From: an uncultured Nitrososphaerales archaeon
Lineage (GTDB): Archaea > Thermoproteota > Nitrososphaeria > Nitrososphaerales > JACAEJ01
Direction: 5' to 3'
Assembly (NCBI GenBank): GCA_938091495.1
Contig: CALLJF010000021.1
Location: forward strand, 1 to 63,463
DNA length: 63,463 nt
Shown: positions 8,061-18,417 of the stretch, piece after piece
How positions within the stretch are numbered: position 1 is the stretch's first letter
How the letters are laid out: each line of letters starts with the position of its first letter
Translations under genes and position numbers: made by a program
The notes under the pieces: model-generated
Databases searched by the model: none
Told to the model about the DNA's origin: nothing
The model's input: only the letters and a program-made list of their open reading frames with translations

Positions 8061-9617
8061 ATGAACGTTATAAGAGAGACCCAGAGCATCTGTCCTGAGT
8101 GTAATAAAGTTCTCTCAGCAAAGATATTCGAAAGGGATGGAAAGGTTTGGATCAAGAGGGAATGCCAGGATCACGGTGAAACTGAGGAGCTATATTGGGG
8201 CTCTTATGAGATGTATATGAGGGCTAGCAAATTCAACTTAGAAGGTAAAGGGATAGAGAATCCTAGCATAAAAAAAGAAGCCATAGACTGTCCTTCTGAT
8301 TGTGGTCTTTGCAAGGATCATCTTACTCATACTACTTTGGCAAATATCGTTGTTACGAATCGGTGTGATCTGTCATGCTGGTACTGCTTTTTTTATGCTG
8401 AGAGGGCAGGGTATGTCTATGAACCAAGCTTAGAACAGATAAGAGAAATGGCAAGAAATCTAAGAAATGAAAGACCAGTCCCTGGGAATGCTGTTCAACT
8501 GACAGGGGGAGAACCGTGCCTTAGAGAGGATTTGATAGAAATAATAAAGACAATAAAGGGAGAGGGCATAGATCATGTCCAGTTGAACACCGATGGTATA
8601 AGGCTTGCAACAGATCCTACTTTAGCAAAAAGGGTCAGAGAGGCGGGTACTAATACAGTCTACCTTAGCTTCGATGGTTTAACTCCAAAAACGAACTTCA
8701 AGAACCATTGGGAGATTCCTAGCATATTGGAAAATTGTAGGAGTGTAGGGCTTGGTATAGTCTTGGTACCAACAGTCATAAAAAGCATCAACGATCATGA
8801 AGTAGGTGGCATAGTCGATTTTGCATCAAAGAACATAGATGTAATAAGGGGTGTAAACTTTCAACCTGTATCTCTCACTGGTAGGCTCACAACAGCTGAA
8901 CGTGACAAGTATAGGATAACGATTCCAGATGTAATTCAAAGGATAGAGGATCAGACCAACGGTGAGATTAGCAAGGATGACTTTTATCCAGTACCTTGCA
9001 CTGGTCCTATAACAAGGTTCATAGAAGCTTTGACAGGTAGAGCCCATTATGAACTCTCGGTTCACTTTGCCTGTGGAGCAGCAACTTACCTCTTCAAAGA
9101 AGGCGATAGGTTAATCCCTATAACTAGGTTTGTCGATATAGATGGATTGTTCGAATATCTGGATGAAAAAGCTGATGAGATAGAAAGAGGCAAGAATAGG
9201 TATTGGGTGGCTGTAAAAGTTCTATCAAGGCTTGGCAAGTTCATAGATAAGGAGAAGCAACCTAAAGGATTGAATTTATCAAAGATAATAATCAACGCTC
9301 TAATAAGGCACAATTACGAAGCTTTAGGAGAGTTCCATCATAAGACACTATTCATAGGTATGATGCACTTTATGGATAAATACAATTACGATATAGAAAG
9401 GGTAAGAAGATGTGGGATTCATTATTTGGTTCCAAACGGTTTGATAATACCCTTTTGCGCCTTTAACGTCATCCCTGAATGGTATAGAGACAAGATTCAG
9501 AAGGATTTTGGTATATCTATTGAAGAATGGGAAAAGAAGACTGGGAGAAGGATAAAGGATGATTTTTACGTTAGAAAAGTAAAGCGTGAAGAATTGGCCG
9601 AGGCAAAAATGGCATAA
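8061..9617 (+). CDS. tes: Radical SAM enzyme, tetraether lipid synthase (Tes/GDGT-MAS, MJ0619 family)
   Basis: N-terminal CPEC..C.DHG domain, CPSDCGLC..H, SAM motif CDLSCWYC, and C-terminal C.IHY..P.G.IIPFC..N. Confidence 0.75.
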   Translation: MNVIRETQSICPECNKVLSAKIFERDGKVWIKRECQDHGETEELYWGSYEMYMRASKFNLEGKGIENPSIKKEAIDCPSDCGLCKDHLTHTTLANIVVTNRCDLSCWYCFFYAERAGYVYEPSLEQIREMARNLRNERPVPGNAVQLTGGEPCLREDLIEIIKTIKGEGIDHVQLNTDGIRLATDPTLAKRVREAGTNTVYLSFDGLTPKTNFKNHWEIPSILENCRSVGLGIVLVPTVIKSINDHEVGGIVDFASKNIDVIRGVNFQPVSLTGRLTTAERDKYRITIPDVIQRIEDQTNGEISKDDFYPVPCTGPITRFIEALTGRAHYELSVHFACGAATYLFKEGDRLIPITRFVDIDGLFEYLDEKADEIERGKNRYWVAVKVLSRLGKFIDKEKQPKGLNLSKIIINALIRHNYEALGEFHHKTLFIGMMHFMDKYNYDIERVRRCGIHYLVPNGLIIPFCAFNVIPEWYRDKIQKDFGISIEEWEKKTGRRIKDDFYVRKVKREELAEAKMA

Positions 9618-9621
9618 ATCT

Positions 9622-10473
9622 TTAGAACCGTCTTAAAATCATAAAGTCTGCAAGGTCGATTAAATGCCTCTTTGCGTTAGTATCTTTTAAGGATTTTAAT
9701 CTTTGCTTCGCTTCGATAGCATAACGCTCAGACATCTTTCTCAAATAAGATAGTTTGTCATTTTGCTCTATCTTTAAGGCATTTGCTACTTTATCTTCTT
9801 TGCCCCAATCTTGTATATCGTCTTGTATCTGATAAGCTGTGCCAAGAAGATGACCATAGTTAGATAGAGCCTCAATCTCATCTTCATTACCTCCACCTAC
9901 TATTCCGCCTATCTTTGCAGAGGCTTCAAAAAGTGAAGCAGTCTTTTGAGAGATCAATTTTAAGTATTCATCCCAGCTTAGTTGATAAATCTTTGGATCG
10001 ATCTTTAATTCACCGAATTCGCCTTCACACATGCGAAGGGCGACTGATGATAGCTCCTTTGCAATTTTCTTATCCTCGTATCTTGAAGCTATATCTAGTA
10101 TTATCCCAAATACAAAGTCTGCAGTCAGGAGAGACGCGCCTAGACCATACCTGATGTGAAAAGCTGGTCTATTACGTCTCAGAATTTCATTATCTAATAT
10201 ATCGTCATGAATTATGGATTCTGTGTGAAGGAGCTCTATAGCCACTGCTACAGGTAAGGCATTTGTATCCCTTTTTCCTATGCTCTCTGCTGAGAGTAGA
10301 AGAATTATCGGCCTGATCCTTTTCCCGCCTTCTAAGGCATATCGTAAAGAGCCATAGAAATTTGATTCTTTATAACGGTTTAACTCGACCTTTATAGCCT
10401 CCTCTATTTGGGAATAATAGCCCTTCATCCTTTCCATAAGAATGCTAATGGTTAAGGGTTCTTCATCCTTCAC
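9622..10473 (-). CDS. Polyprenyl diphosphate synthase (GGPP synthase-like)
   Basis: GGKRIRP, ELLHTESIIHDDILD..RR, KTASLF and YQIQDD motifs. Confidence 0.9.
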   Translation of the reverse strand: MKDEEPLTISILMERMKGYYSQIEEAIKVELNRYKESNFYGSLRYALEGGKRIRPIILLLSAESIGKRDTNALPVAVAIELLHTESIIHDDILDNEILRRNRPAFHIRYGLGASLLTADFVFGIILDIASRYEDKKIAKELSSVALRMCEGEFGELKIDPKIYQLSWDEYLKLISQKTASLFEASAKIGGIVGGGNEDEIEALSNYGHLLGTAYQIQDDIQDWGKEDKVANALKIEQNDKLSYLRKMSERYAIEAKQRLKSLKDTNAKRHLIDLADFMILRRF

Positions 10474-10588
10474 AAAGAGGCAACTCCATCATGCACGATT
10501 TTATGAAATTTAGCATATTTACACTTTACGGTCTGAAGATTAGTATGAATTTTGCCGAAATTTGCTATTCACAAGTTAATACATGAAA

Positions 10589-12085
10589 TCATTCTATCTG
10601 AGCCTTTATTATCATAAAAACTGGCCCTCTTAAGTCAATCCTTTTGTTCCTGCTTGTAATAAATCGTAACGCATCTTCTTTCACCTTTATATTAAGCTCT
10701 CCCGATGTGCTGATCATAGCCCTCTTCATAAAGAACTCTCTATTCCCTAATTCTATGGCTTCTTCTATACCATTGGCCACAAATGCTGCTAAAGAATCTA
10801 CATACCTTATCCCAGTTGGTACTCCATGTTCCCTTGCATTCTTTATCAATTCACTACTTGATAATTCTTTATCTTCTTTTGGAATCCCTAAGATGTCTCC
10901 ATTGTAAACTACTATTTCGTTGAAGGCTGCTCGCCCTAAAAGTTTTTTTCCTACTTCATTTTGAATTAGCTTTACTATTACTCTTCTTCCAAGAATTTTG
11001 CCATCATACGCAGTATACTCAAAGGGGCTAGGAGCATCCCCATAAATTTCACAAGCTTTAATGATAGCAGCTTGTATTTCCTTGCCTTGTTCAGTTCTAG
11101 GAATCTTATCTATGGTAATTAAAGAAGCTATCTCTGAATCAGATAGCTCCAACTCAGCGTAGAATTGAGGATAGACTAATTTGCGAATGTCTGAGAAACC
11201 ATAGATGGCCATCGTCAATCTCTCAGCTCCTAGACCCACGTTTAAAACTGGATGCCTTATTTCATACTTTTCAAGAACAGCATTATCATAAATCCCAAAA
11301 TCTGCAACTTCGACCCAATCCTTTTGGCTTTTTGTTCTTATAAAGACTTCAGTTTCTGTATCCTTCTCATAGTAACTAGCACTTCTTTTCTTTTTGACAC
11401 ACTTTATCTCCTCGATTCCAAAAGGCTTTAGCAACCCTTCAGCAACGCTCTTTGCATCCTCTAAGCTCAGTTCCTCATTCATTATAACACTTGAGGCTGA
11501 ATGATAGCACCTAAGATGAGTTGCATCTAGAGTTTGTTCCCTTCGAAAGCAGACATCTATAGAAAAGAGCTTTATAGGAAGCTCTCTACCTTGAAATTCT
11601 TTTAAAGTTAAGAACCATCCTGATGTCATGTGGCTTCTAAGAGTAAGATTGGTAGCAATGGCTCTTTTCTGCTTTAGTTCAGGAAAGGCGCTTAATATAA
11701 TCGAAGCTTTATCTTCGTCTATTGAAAGAGCGTCAGCAAGCCTAGGAATTAGATCCTCCCCATCGAATATCCCCTTTTTATAATCGTGGAAGATCTTCTG
11801 TAATGCTATCTTTTTCTCATGTTCAAGGGTGAATCCGATCTTCTTAAGGAGATCAAGTTTATCTTGGCTAATCCCTATATCAGGTCTAGGGAGAGTTGCG
11901 AGATAGAAGCATCTGTCTAGTATAGTCGGAGCCTCGTTTCCCCATTGCTTGTAAATCTCTTTTTCCTCAATGAAGATAGGATTGTAGACTTCTTTGAAGC
12001 CTAGATCAAGATAAGCATGCCTTAGCTTATCCATGACTTCTGAAAGGGGATGCTTTTCGGCCCTTCCTTGCTTTATAGTCAACAA
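10589..12085 (-). CDS. sepS: O-phosphoseryl-tRNA(Cys) synthetase (SepRS)
   Basis: HPL..V..KLR.AY..LGF.EV.NP, LDRCFYLA.LPRPDIG, TLRSHMTSGWF, FSID.CFRREQ..DATHL..YHSAS and NVGLGAERL motifs. Confidence 0.93.
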   Translation of the reverse strand: MLTIKQGRAEKHPLSEVMDKLRHAYLDLGFKEVYNPIFIEEKEIYKQWGNEAPTILDRCFYLATLPRPDIGISQDKLDLLKKIGFTLEHEKKIALQKIFHDYKKGIFDGEDLIPRLADALSIDEDKASIILSAFPELKQKRAIATNLTLRSHMTSGWFLTLKEFQGRELPIKLFSIDVCFRREQTLDATHLRCYHSASSVIMNEELSLEDAKSVAEGLLKPFGIEEIKCVKKKRSASYYEKDTETEVFIRTKSQKDWVEVADFGIYDNAVLEKYEIRHPVLNVGLGAERLTMAIYGFSDIRKLVYPQFYAELELSDSEIASLITIDKIPRTEQGKEIQAAIIKACEIYGDAPSPFEYTAYDGKILGRRVIVKLIQNEVGKKLLGRAAFNEIVVYNGDILGIPKEDKELSSSELIKNAREHGVPTGIRYVDSLAAFVANGIEEAIELGNREFFMKRAMISTSGELNIKVKEDALRFITSRNKRIDLRGPVFMIIKAQIE

Positions 12086-12244
12086 TATTACCTTCCCTGT
12101 GATGAACCTATTTTCTAGGATAATAAATTTATAAAAATGGCATAAATATATTTGACGTATAGGTAACGTCTAAGAAAGGCATGAGCTATGGGAATAAACA
12201 TATAAGTAAGCCATATTTTCTTGATTCATAAGTAGGTATAGGGA

Positions 12245-12634
12245 TTGCGAACACCATGTGAAATCGTGGTTAAGTATATGTTACCTGCCTTCCGCTCTTA
12301 TGTGGCCAAAGTTCTTATCAACGAATACCATCTCTCTCAAGTGATCGTGGCAAAGCGTCTAGGGACTACTCAAGCTGCGATAAGTCATTACATGGCGTCA
12401 AAAAGAGGGAACAAAAAGCTAGTCCAATTTGAAAGTGTGCCTTTGATGAAGGATATGGCACGAGAAGTGGCAAGGAGAATAGCCAGTGGAAAGTACTCTC
12501 CTGTGGATGTTCTGCCATACTTTTGTAAAATGTGTAAAGCCTTCAGAACCCATGATGTGCTCTGCGTTTTACATAAAGACCTTGTAGTCCTTCCTAGCGA
12601 ATGTGATGTATGTCCTCAACTGGAGCATCTCTAA
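12245..12634 (+). CDS. HTH transcriptional regulator with Cys-rich C-terminus (COG2522-like)
   Basis: PCEIVVK..LPAFRS.VAK.L..EY.LSQ..VAK.LGTTQAAISHY; C-terminal CKMC..C.LH..CDVC. Confidence 0.8.
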   Translation: MRTPCEIVVKYMLPAFRSYVAKVLINEYHLSQVIVAKRLGTTQAAISHYMASKRGNKKLVQFESVPLMKDMAREVARRIASGKYSPVDVLPYFCKMCKAFRTHDVLCVLHKDLVVLPSECDVCPQLEHL

Positions 12635-12729
12635 GAAGTTCGAATATAAGACTTACTAGCTTTTTTAGTCTTGACACAAAGTTTATAGATGCTTATCTTA
12701 TGCCAAGATCTTGGACAAAAACTTTCAGA

Positions 12730-12822
12730 GCCGGGGTGGCCGAGTGGTTAGGCGGTGGGCTGCAGACAACTTAACGCAAAGCTGGGACCCGCTTTATGCA
12801 GGTTCAAATCCTGCCCCCGGCT
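12730..12822 (+). tRNA. tRNA-Cys(GCA) #1 with an approx. 21-nt intron at 37/38 (12766-12786)
   Basis: Acceptor GCCGGGG/CCCCGGC, U73, anticodon stem GTGGG/CCCGC, loop CT-GCA-G..A, T-arm GCAGG TTCAAAT CCTGC; relaxed BHB (3 of 4 central pairs). Confidence 0.88.
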
Positions 12823-12887
12823 TTTATGCTAAAAATAATATTTCCTTTACAAATATGATGAATTAAAAGGGCAATATCGCTCTTGAA

Positions 12888-14435
12888 TCAACCTATGCTT
12901 CCTAGAAGTTCTGAAATATATGTTGATGCGCTAGATGCCATTAGCCCTGGGTATATGCCTAATATCAAAGCAAGAGCAGCAAGGATCATTATAGGTACAA
13001 TCATTATCATAGGCCCTTCGTTTGCATGCATCGTTTTCTCTGTAGGTTGACCATAAAAGACTCTTCTAACAGTCCATAAACCATAGCTGGCAGTCAATAC
13101 AGATGCAACTATGGCTAAAGATGTTATCAGCACTCGAATTGAGTTTGGCTCTAGGAGATGACTAAAGCCTTGAAGAGCTGTATACATGGAACCTGTAAAT
13201 ATGTATAGCTCAGCCCAGAAGCCTATTATGTAAGGAAAGCCCATCAACCCAAGAAAGCCTATCAGCGTGGCTATAGCTGTATAAGGCATCTTTGCTGCAA
13301 GGCCGCCTAGCTCTTTTATACTCCTAGTCTTAAACTCGTGTATCAAAACTCCTGAGACCATGAAGAGTACAGCCTTTCCTAGACCATGACTGACATAGAG
13401 TAATACAGCACCAACTAATCCTATAGTTGAAACTGAAGCTATGCCGAATAGCATATAACCCATCTGACTTATGCTTGAGAATGCGAGGAGCCTCTTTATA
13501 TCATCTTGAGCTAAGGCCATGTATCCTCCGTAGGTCATGGTCACCAAGGCTAGAACTGACAGTATTAGCATGAACTGTGGTGTTGAGGCTTTAACAACTG
13601 CTGGGAATCCTGTGTAGACTATTCTTATGGCAGCGTATCCTCCTATTCCTATCATGGCAGGTGAAAGGAGAGCGCTTATTGGTGTAGGAGCTTCAGCATG
13701 GGCATCTGGAAGCCATGTATGGAGAGGGAATATAGCCATCTTCACGAACAGACCTAATAGCATTGCTACAACTATGGCAATTTGAACACCTAACTCTATA
13801 CCTACCATGCCTTGAGATACTTCGAATATTTCAAAGGTATTTGCTATGAAGCCAGTGGCAACTATACCAGCAAGCAGAGAAAGTGCGCCTGCCTCTGTGA
13901 ACATGAAGTACTTGAAGGCTATCTTTTCTCTCAACCCTGTACCCCAGACTCCTATCAAAGCCCATGATGGTATCAACATTAGTTCGAAGAACAGGAAGAA
14001 GGCAGCAAGGTTTGTGACAAGGACAGTTCCTATCATCCCAGATGCATATAGAAGGTATAATGCGAAGTATTGACCTAGTGCATGCTCATGCTCCATGTAT
14101 TTTACAGAGTATATTGAAATGAGAGTGCAAAGTATGGATATGATAAGAGCTATAGGTGTGCTGAGACCGTCAGCCCTCAAAGTAAAGCTACCTAGGCTTA
14201 AACTTCCAATTTTGGGAAGCCATGAATAAGATGCCTCTATAGCCTCTAAACTTGGCTCTAAGAATAGCCTTAATTGAATATATCCTATGAGAATAGTTGA
14301 GTAAAGCAAGATTACTGATGACAACCAACCAGTTTTCTCCTTAAGGCGATTGCCAAGGACTAAAGCCAAAACAGAGAACGCAGCCGGTACTATTATCGAT
14401 TGGAAAAGAATGAAGCTATTATCTTCTATTATCAT
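12888..14435 (-). CDS. nuoM: Complex I/Fpo antiporter-like subunit M
   Basis: FFLFFELMLIP, KMAIFPLHTWLPDAHAEAPTPISALL and HGLGKAVLF motifs. Confidence 0.9.
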   Translation of the reverse strand: MIIEDNSFILFQSIIVPAAFSVLALVLGNRLKEKTGWLSSVILLYSTILIGYIQLRLFLEPSLEAIEASYSWLPKIGSLSLGSFTLRADGLSTPIALIISILCTLISIYSVKYMEHEHALGQYFALYLLYASGMIGTVLVTNLAAFFLFFELMLIPSWALIGVWGTGLREKIAFKYFMFTEAGALSLLAGIVATGFIANTFEIFEVSQGMVGIELGVQIAIVVAMLLGLFVKMAIFPLHTWLPDAHAEAPTPISALLSPAMIGIGGYAAIRIVYTGFPAVVKASTPQFMLILSVLALVTMTYGGYMALAQDDIKRLLAFSSISQMGYMLFGIASVSTIGLVGAVLLYVSHGLGKAVLFMVSGVLIHEFKTRSIKELGGLAAKMPYTAIATLIGFLGLMGFPYIIGFWAELYIFTGSMYTALQGFSHLLEPNSIRVLITSLAIVASVLTASYGLWTVRRVFYGQPTEKTMHANEGPMIMIVPIMILAALALILGIYPGLMASSASTYISELLGSIG

Positions 14436-14439
14436 GTCA

Positions 14440-16545
14440 TCACACCAGAACCATATAAACCAGTATCAAAAGCAAAATTATTCCAGCTATCATTCCTATG
14501 ACATTATAGTTCAGGAGTCCTGTGTGTGTTCTTCTGAAACGGTTAGAGAAGCCTCTTACAGCATTTGCCAATACATAGTTGAACTTGTCTATGCCACCAA
14601 TCTCTATATGCTTCAAAGCCCAGTTACTGAAGGATATGGTCGGATACACGAATACCTTGTAAAAGAAGGCATTGACATACCATCTTCTGAATAAAAAGTT
14701 CCATAAGGACTTTAAAACTCCTTTAGATCCAACCAGTTTGGCTGGGTCTGGGGATCTTCTGATATATAGCTTATAGGCGATGAAGGCGCCTATGGCAAGG
14801 ACAGTCAAAGATGTTCCTATGGTTATGATAACTGCTAGCTCTTGTGGCAATGCTCCTTCAGTTGCCAATTCTGCTGCCAATAGAGTTGAAGAATGCTCCA
14901 TTCCTAGCAGTCTGCTTAGGTAACTTTCGAATGTATGCTCGAGCCATCCTCCAAAGCCGCCTAATGGGAGTAAAGTAATGGCACCTATGCCAAAGAGTAC
15001 TGTTGCAACGGCCAAAATAGAGTACGGTATCCACATGACCTTTGGGGCTTCATGAACATGATGTCCTTCGTGTTCAAGTTCATGAATATGCTTGCTCTTC
15101 TTGCCTAAAAATGTCAAAGAGAGCATTCTGACGCTATAAAAGGCAGTTATGGCTGCTGTTATGGCAGCTAGTGCAAACATGATCGGTTGTCCAGCCAATA
15201 GAGTAGATTCTAATATGAGGTCTTTGCTCCAGAAGCCACTGAATAGTATAGGAACACCCATCAGAGAGAAGGCGGTTAGAGTCATGCTCCAAAATGTTAT
15301 TGGCATCTCTTTCCTTATCCCACCCATATGATGCAGAAACCTTGATTCAACAGCGTGAATTACAGCTCCCGCAGTCAAGAATAGGGCTGCCTTGAATATA
15401 GCATGGCTCATGAGATGAAAAACCCCTGCTGTATACCCTATGAAGAATTCGAAAGTGGTCCCAGCAACCCCAAGGGCTAGCATCATGTATCCAAGCTGAC
15501 TAACCGTTGAGTAAGCAAGGACCTTCTTTATTTCATTAGATGTTATAGCCTGGGTGCCAGCTACAAAGGCTGTTATAACGCCTATCCATGCAACAACATA
15601 GAAGAAGGAACCCATCTCTGGATAGAATTTTGAAGCTACATACATTATGGGGAATAACCTGCCTACTAAGTATACGCCTGCTTTAACCATCGTTGCTGCA
15701 TGTATTAAAGCGCTAACAGTAGCGGGGCCTGCCATGGCATCTGGTAACCACTCCATGAGAGGTAGTTGGGCTGATTTGCCTATAGGACCACCAAAGAGCA
15801 GAATAGCCGCCGGAACCAGAATCCACATGAATTCATGAGGCAAGTGCTCAACCTTCTCGATCAATTCCATGTAGCTTAGCGTGCCAGTAAAGGCTACTAT
15901 AATTACAATGCCTATCAAAAGGCTTATGTCCCCGATTCTAGTAGTTATGAAAGCCTTCATCCCACAGTGTGAAGGTGGATAAGCTTCTGGAGGTTCGCCT
16001 ACCCAAGTCTTAAGATAATCTTCTTTAGCATCCCTATACCAGAAGCCTATCAAGGCATAACTACAAAGCCCTACCCCTTCCCATCCAAAGAGAGTTTGAA
16101 CGAGATTCTCCGACATAACAAGCAGGAGCATGTTTCCTATGAAAAAGTTCATAAAGAACCAGTATCTAGTCAGACCTGATTCTCCTTTCATATAACCAAG
16201 AGAGTAAACCATTATCAGGAAGCTTATCACAGCTACAACATTTGCCATTATTATGCTGAGCGGGTCTACCAGAACGCCAAACTCGATCTTCGATAATACT
16301 GGAAATCCTTCTAACTCTATCCAAGGTAAGACTTCCCATTTAGGTAATTCTTCTACGCTAAATAGCAATGGTATCAGCATTATAGTCATTGAAGCAGCTA
16401 GGAAAGAGAATAGAACAGCTCCATAATCCCTCAACCTCGGATTTATCTTAGCCAACAATGGAGTTAGGAAAGCCCCGATCATGGGAAAGAGCCAAGATAA
16501 CCAAGCAGGTATCGTTTCTATTCCTACTGTAGGTACTATTGCCAA
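14440..16545 (-). CDS. nuoL: Complex I/Fpo subunit L
   Basis: GWEGVGLCSYALIGFW, GKSAQLPL..WLPDAMAGPATVSALIHAATMVKAGVY, long C-terminal helix. Confidence 0.93.
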   Translation of the reverse strand: MAIVPTVGIETIPAWLSWLFPMIGAFLTPLLAKINPRLRDYGAVLFSFLAASMTIMLIPLLFSVEELPKWEVLPWIELEGFPVLSKIEFGVLVDPLSIIMANVVAVISFLIMVYSLGYMKGESGLTRYWFFMNFFIGNMLLLVMSENLVQTLFGWEGVGLCSYALIGFWYRDAKEDYLKTWVGEPPEAYPPSHCGMKAFITTRIGDISLLIGIVIIVAFTGTLSYMELIEKVEHLPHEFMWILVPAAILLFGGPIGKSAQLPLMEWLPDAMAGPATVSALIHAATMVKAGVYLVGRLFPIMYVASKFYPEMGSFFYVVAWIGVITAFVAGTQAITSNEIKKVLAYSTVSQLGYMMLALGVAGTTFEFFIGYTAGVFHLMSHAIFKAALFLTAGAVIHAVESRFLHHMGGIRKEMPITFWSMTLTAFSLMGVPILFSGFWSKDLILESTLLAGQPIMFALAAITAAITAFYSVRMLSLTFLGKKSKHIHELEHEGHHVHEAPKVMWIPYSILAVATVLFGIGAITLLPLGGFGGWLEHTFESYLSRLLGMEHSSTLLAAELATEGALPQELAVIITIGTSLTVLAIGAFIAYKLYIRRSPDPAKLVGSKGVLKSLWNFLFRRWYVNAFFYKVFVYPTISFSNWALKHIEIGGIDKFNYVLANAVRGFSNRFRRTHTGLLNYNVIGMIAGIILLLILVYMVLV

Positions 16546-16550
16546 CTACA

Positions 16551-18098
16551 TCAACCTCCTATTAACCCTAACAACGATTTAGTGGCCACTTCAGCAAAGC
16601 CCATTATTTCGAAGGGCCACAACCCTAATATGACAGTTATCAAGCCCAATATAACCACAGGCAATACCATTAAGATTGGCACTTCGTGTGCTCTTTCAAC
16701 TTTTGGCTTTGGCGCTCTCAACATAAGGCGCTGCATAAGCCATAAATAATAAGTTGCTGCGAAGATAGCATTTAGCACTACTAGACTCGTAGTCACGACC
16801 ATGAAAGTGTTGCCAGGTACTGTGAAACCAGCAAGTATTATGAATAGCTTGCTCCAGAAGCCACTAAGAGGTGGGACGCCTGCTAATGTCAATAATCCTA
16901 ATGAGAAAGAAGTTCCTGTCCAAGGCATCTTTTTCCCAGCGCCTTCTAGATCAACTAGATCTCTAGTCCCAGCTTCGTGTATGAAACAACCAGCACCAAG
17001 AAAGAGAAGCCCCTTGCCTATTGCATGATTGAAAATGTGAAATATTGCTCCCATTGTGGCTAGTGTGGCTATGCTGTAGCCAGCTGCACCATATATATTC
17101 AGAGCATATGCACCGATGCCAAAGCCAAAGACGATGTATCCTATGTTGACTATGCTCGAGAAAGCAAGAAGGCGTTTTATGTCTCTTTGAAGTAGAGCCA
17201 TGAAGTTGGCTACGCTTAACGTTATGATACCAAATATCACTAACGTTGTACCGAAATCAAAGGCAATTGGGTCAAATATTGTGAAAAGGATTCTTGCAAT
17301 AACGTAAACCCCTGCCTTTATGACCACTCCGGATAACATGGCGCTTATCCCACTTGGAGCTGCTGGGTGAGCATCCGGAAGCCAGAAGTGAAATGGCACT
17401 ATCGATGCTGTCACACCAAAGCCTGCTATTATGGCAACGATGATAAGATATAATATCTGTAAAGGAATCTTCAATGTAGGAATGATGGCCGCAAGTTGAG
17501 ATATATTCAAAGTTCCCGTCAATCCATAAAGAATGGACATGGCATAAAGAGCAGTTAAAGAGCCAATGGTACTCATAACAAGGTACTTAAAGCTGGCTTC
17601 TATCGGCTCCCAACGGTACTTCCTGAATGCTACTAAAGCATAGGAAGAAAGACTCATGGCCTCCCAAAAGATGAACAAATTGAACAAATCTCCTGCAAAA
17701 GAAATCCCAACCAAACCTGCAACAAGGACCATAAGCAAAGAGTAATACTTGTCTAAACCTGTATCATCTTCCATATATTTGACTGAATATATTGAGACAA
17801 ATAAGCCCAAAAGGCAGAATAGAAGAGCCATAAAGACGCTAAATTGATCTACAAAGAAAGATACGCCTCCCATCTTTGGCTCGTAGGGGCTTAAGAAGTA
17901 AGTCAGTTGCCCTTGCCTTTGAACTTCTTCATAGATGCCTAACAAGCTGTATAGGGATAAGCCGAAAATGATAACGGCAAAGGCATCTCTTACCTTCTCA
18001 AACTTTAAGGCTCTGCCAAAATACTCTATTAGTGGAGTTAGTAGCGCTCCTGTGAAGAGTATGATTATGGGCTGTAAAATTATCCATGATTCAGGCAT
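16551..18098 (-). CDS. Complex I/Fpo antiporter-like subunit (N position; MrpD/NuoN-like)
   Basis: DLFNLFIFWEAMSL.SY.L and PFHFWLPDAHPAAPSGISAMLSG motifs; lies between K and L. Confidence 0.85.
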   Translation of the reverse strand: MPESWIILQPIIILFTGALLTPLIEYFGRALKFEKVRDAFAVIIFGLSLYSLLGIYEEVQRQGQLTYFLSPYEPKMGGVSFFVDQFSVFMALLFCLLGLFVSIYSVKYMEDDTGLDKYYSLLMVLVAGLVGISFAGDLFNLFIFWEAMSLSSYALVAFRKYRWEPIEASFKYLVMSTIGSLTALYAMSILYGLTGTLNISQLAAIIPTLKIPLQILYLIIVAIIAGFGVTASIVPFHFWLPDAHPAAPSGISAMLSGVVIKAGVYVIARILFTIFDPIAFDFGTTLVIFGIITLSVANFMALLQRDIKRLLAFSSIVNIGYIVFGFGIGAYALNIYGAAGYSIATLATMGAIFHIFNHAIGKGLLFLGAGCFIHEAGTRDLVDLEGAGKKMPWTGTSFSLGLLTLAGVPPLSGFWSKLFIILAGFTVPGNTFMVVTTSLVVLNAIFAATYYLWLMQRLMLRAPKPKVERAHEVPILMVLPVVILGLITVILGLWPFEIMGFAEVATKSLLGLIGG

Positions 18099-18100
18099 AT

Positions 18101-18415
18101 TCACCACCTCAACCTACTCGTTTTCTTAAGATCGATCGAGCCATAGTGTCTATATGCTTGAATGGTTATCATCAAAGCAAGGCTGGCTACGGCTGCTCCG
18201 ATGACTATCGATATTGCTACAAAGTACTGAGCTAAAGGTAGCAAATCTCCATCTAATATTGTGAAAACTAGGAAGTTTAGATTAACACCTGCTGTTACAA
18301 TTTCAAGACCTATAATAGTTCTTATCATATTTCTTCTCACAACAATCCCATAAAGTCCGATTATGTAAAGAAATATTGCAGTTATAGCATATAATGTGAA
18401 GTCAGGAGTACTCAT
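18101..18415 (-). CDS. nuoK: Complex I/Fpo subunit K
   Basis: IGLYGIV.RRNMIR.IIGLEI...GVNLN; three TM segments. Confidence 0.88.
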   Translation of the reverse strand: MSTPDFTLYAITAIFLYIIGLYGIVVRRNMIRTIIGLEIVTAGVNLNFLVFTILDGDLLPLAQYFVAISIVIGAAVASLALMITIQAYRHYGSIDLKKTSRLRW

Positions 18416-18417
18416 AT

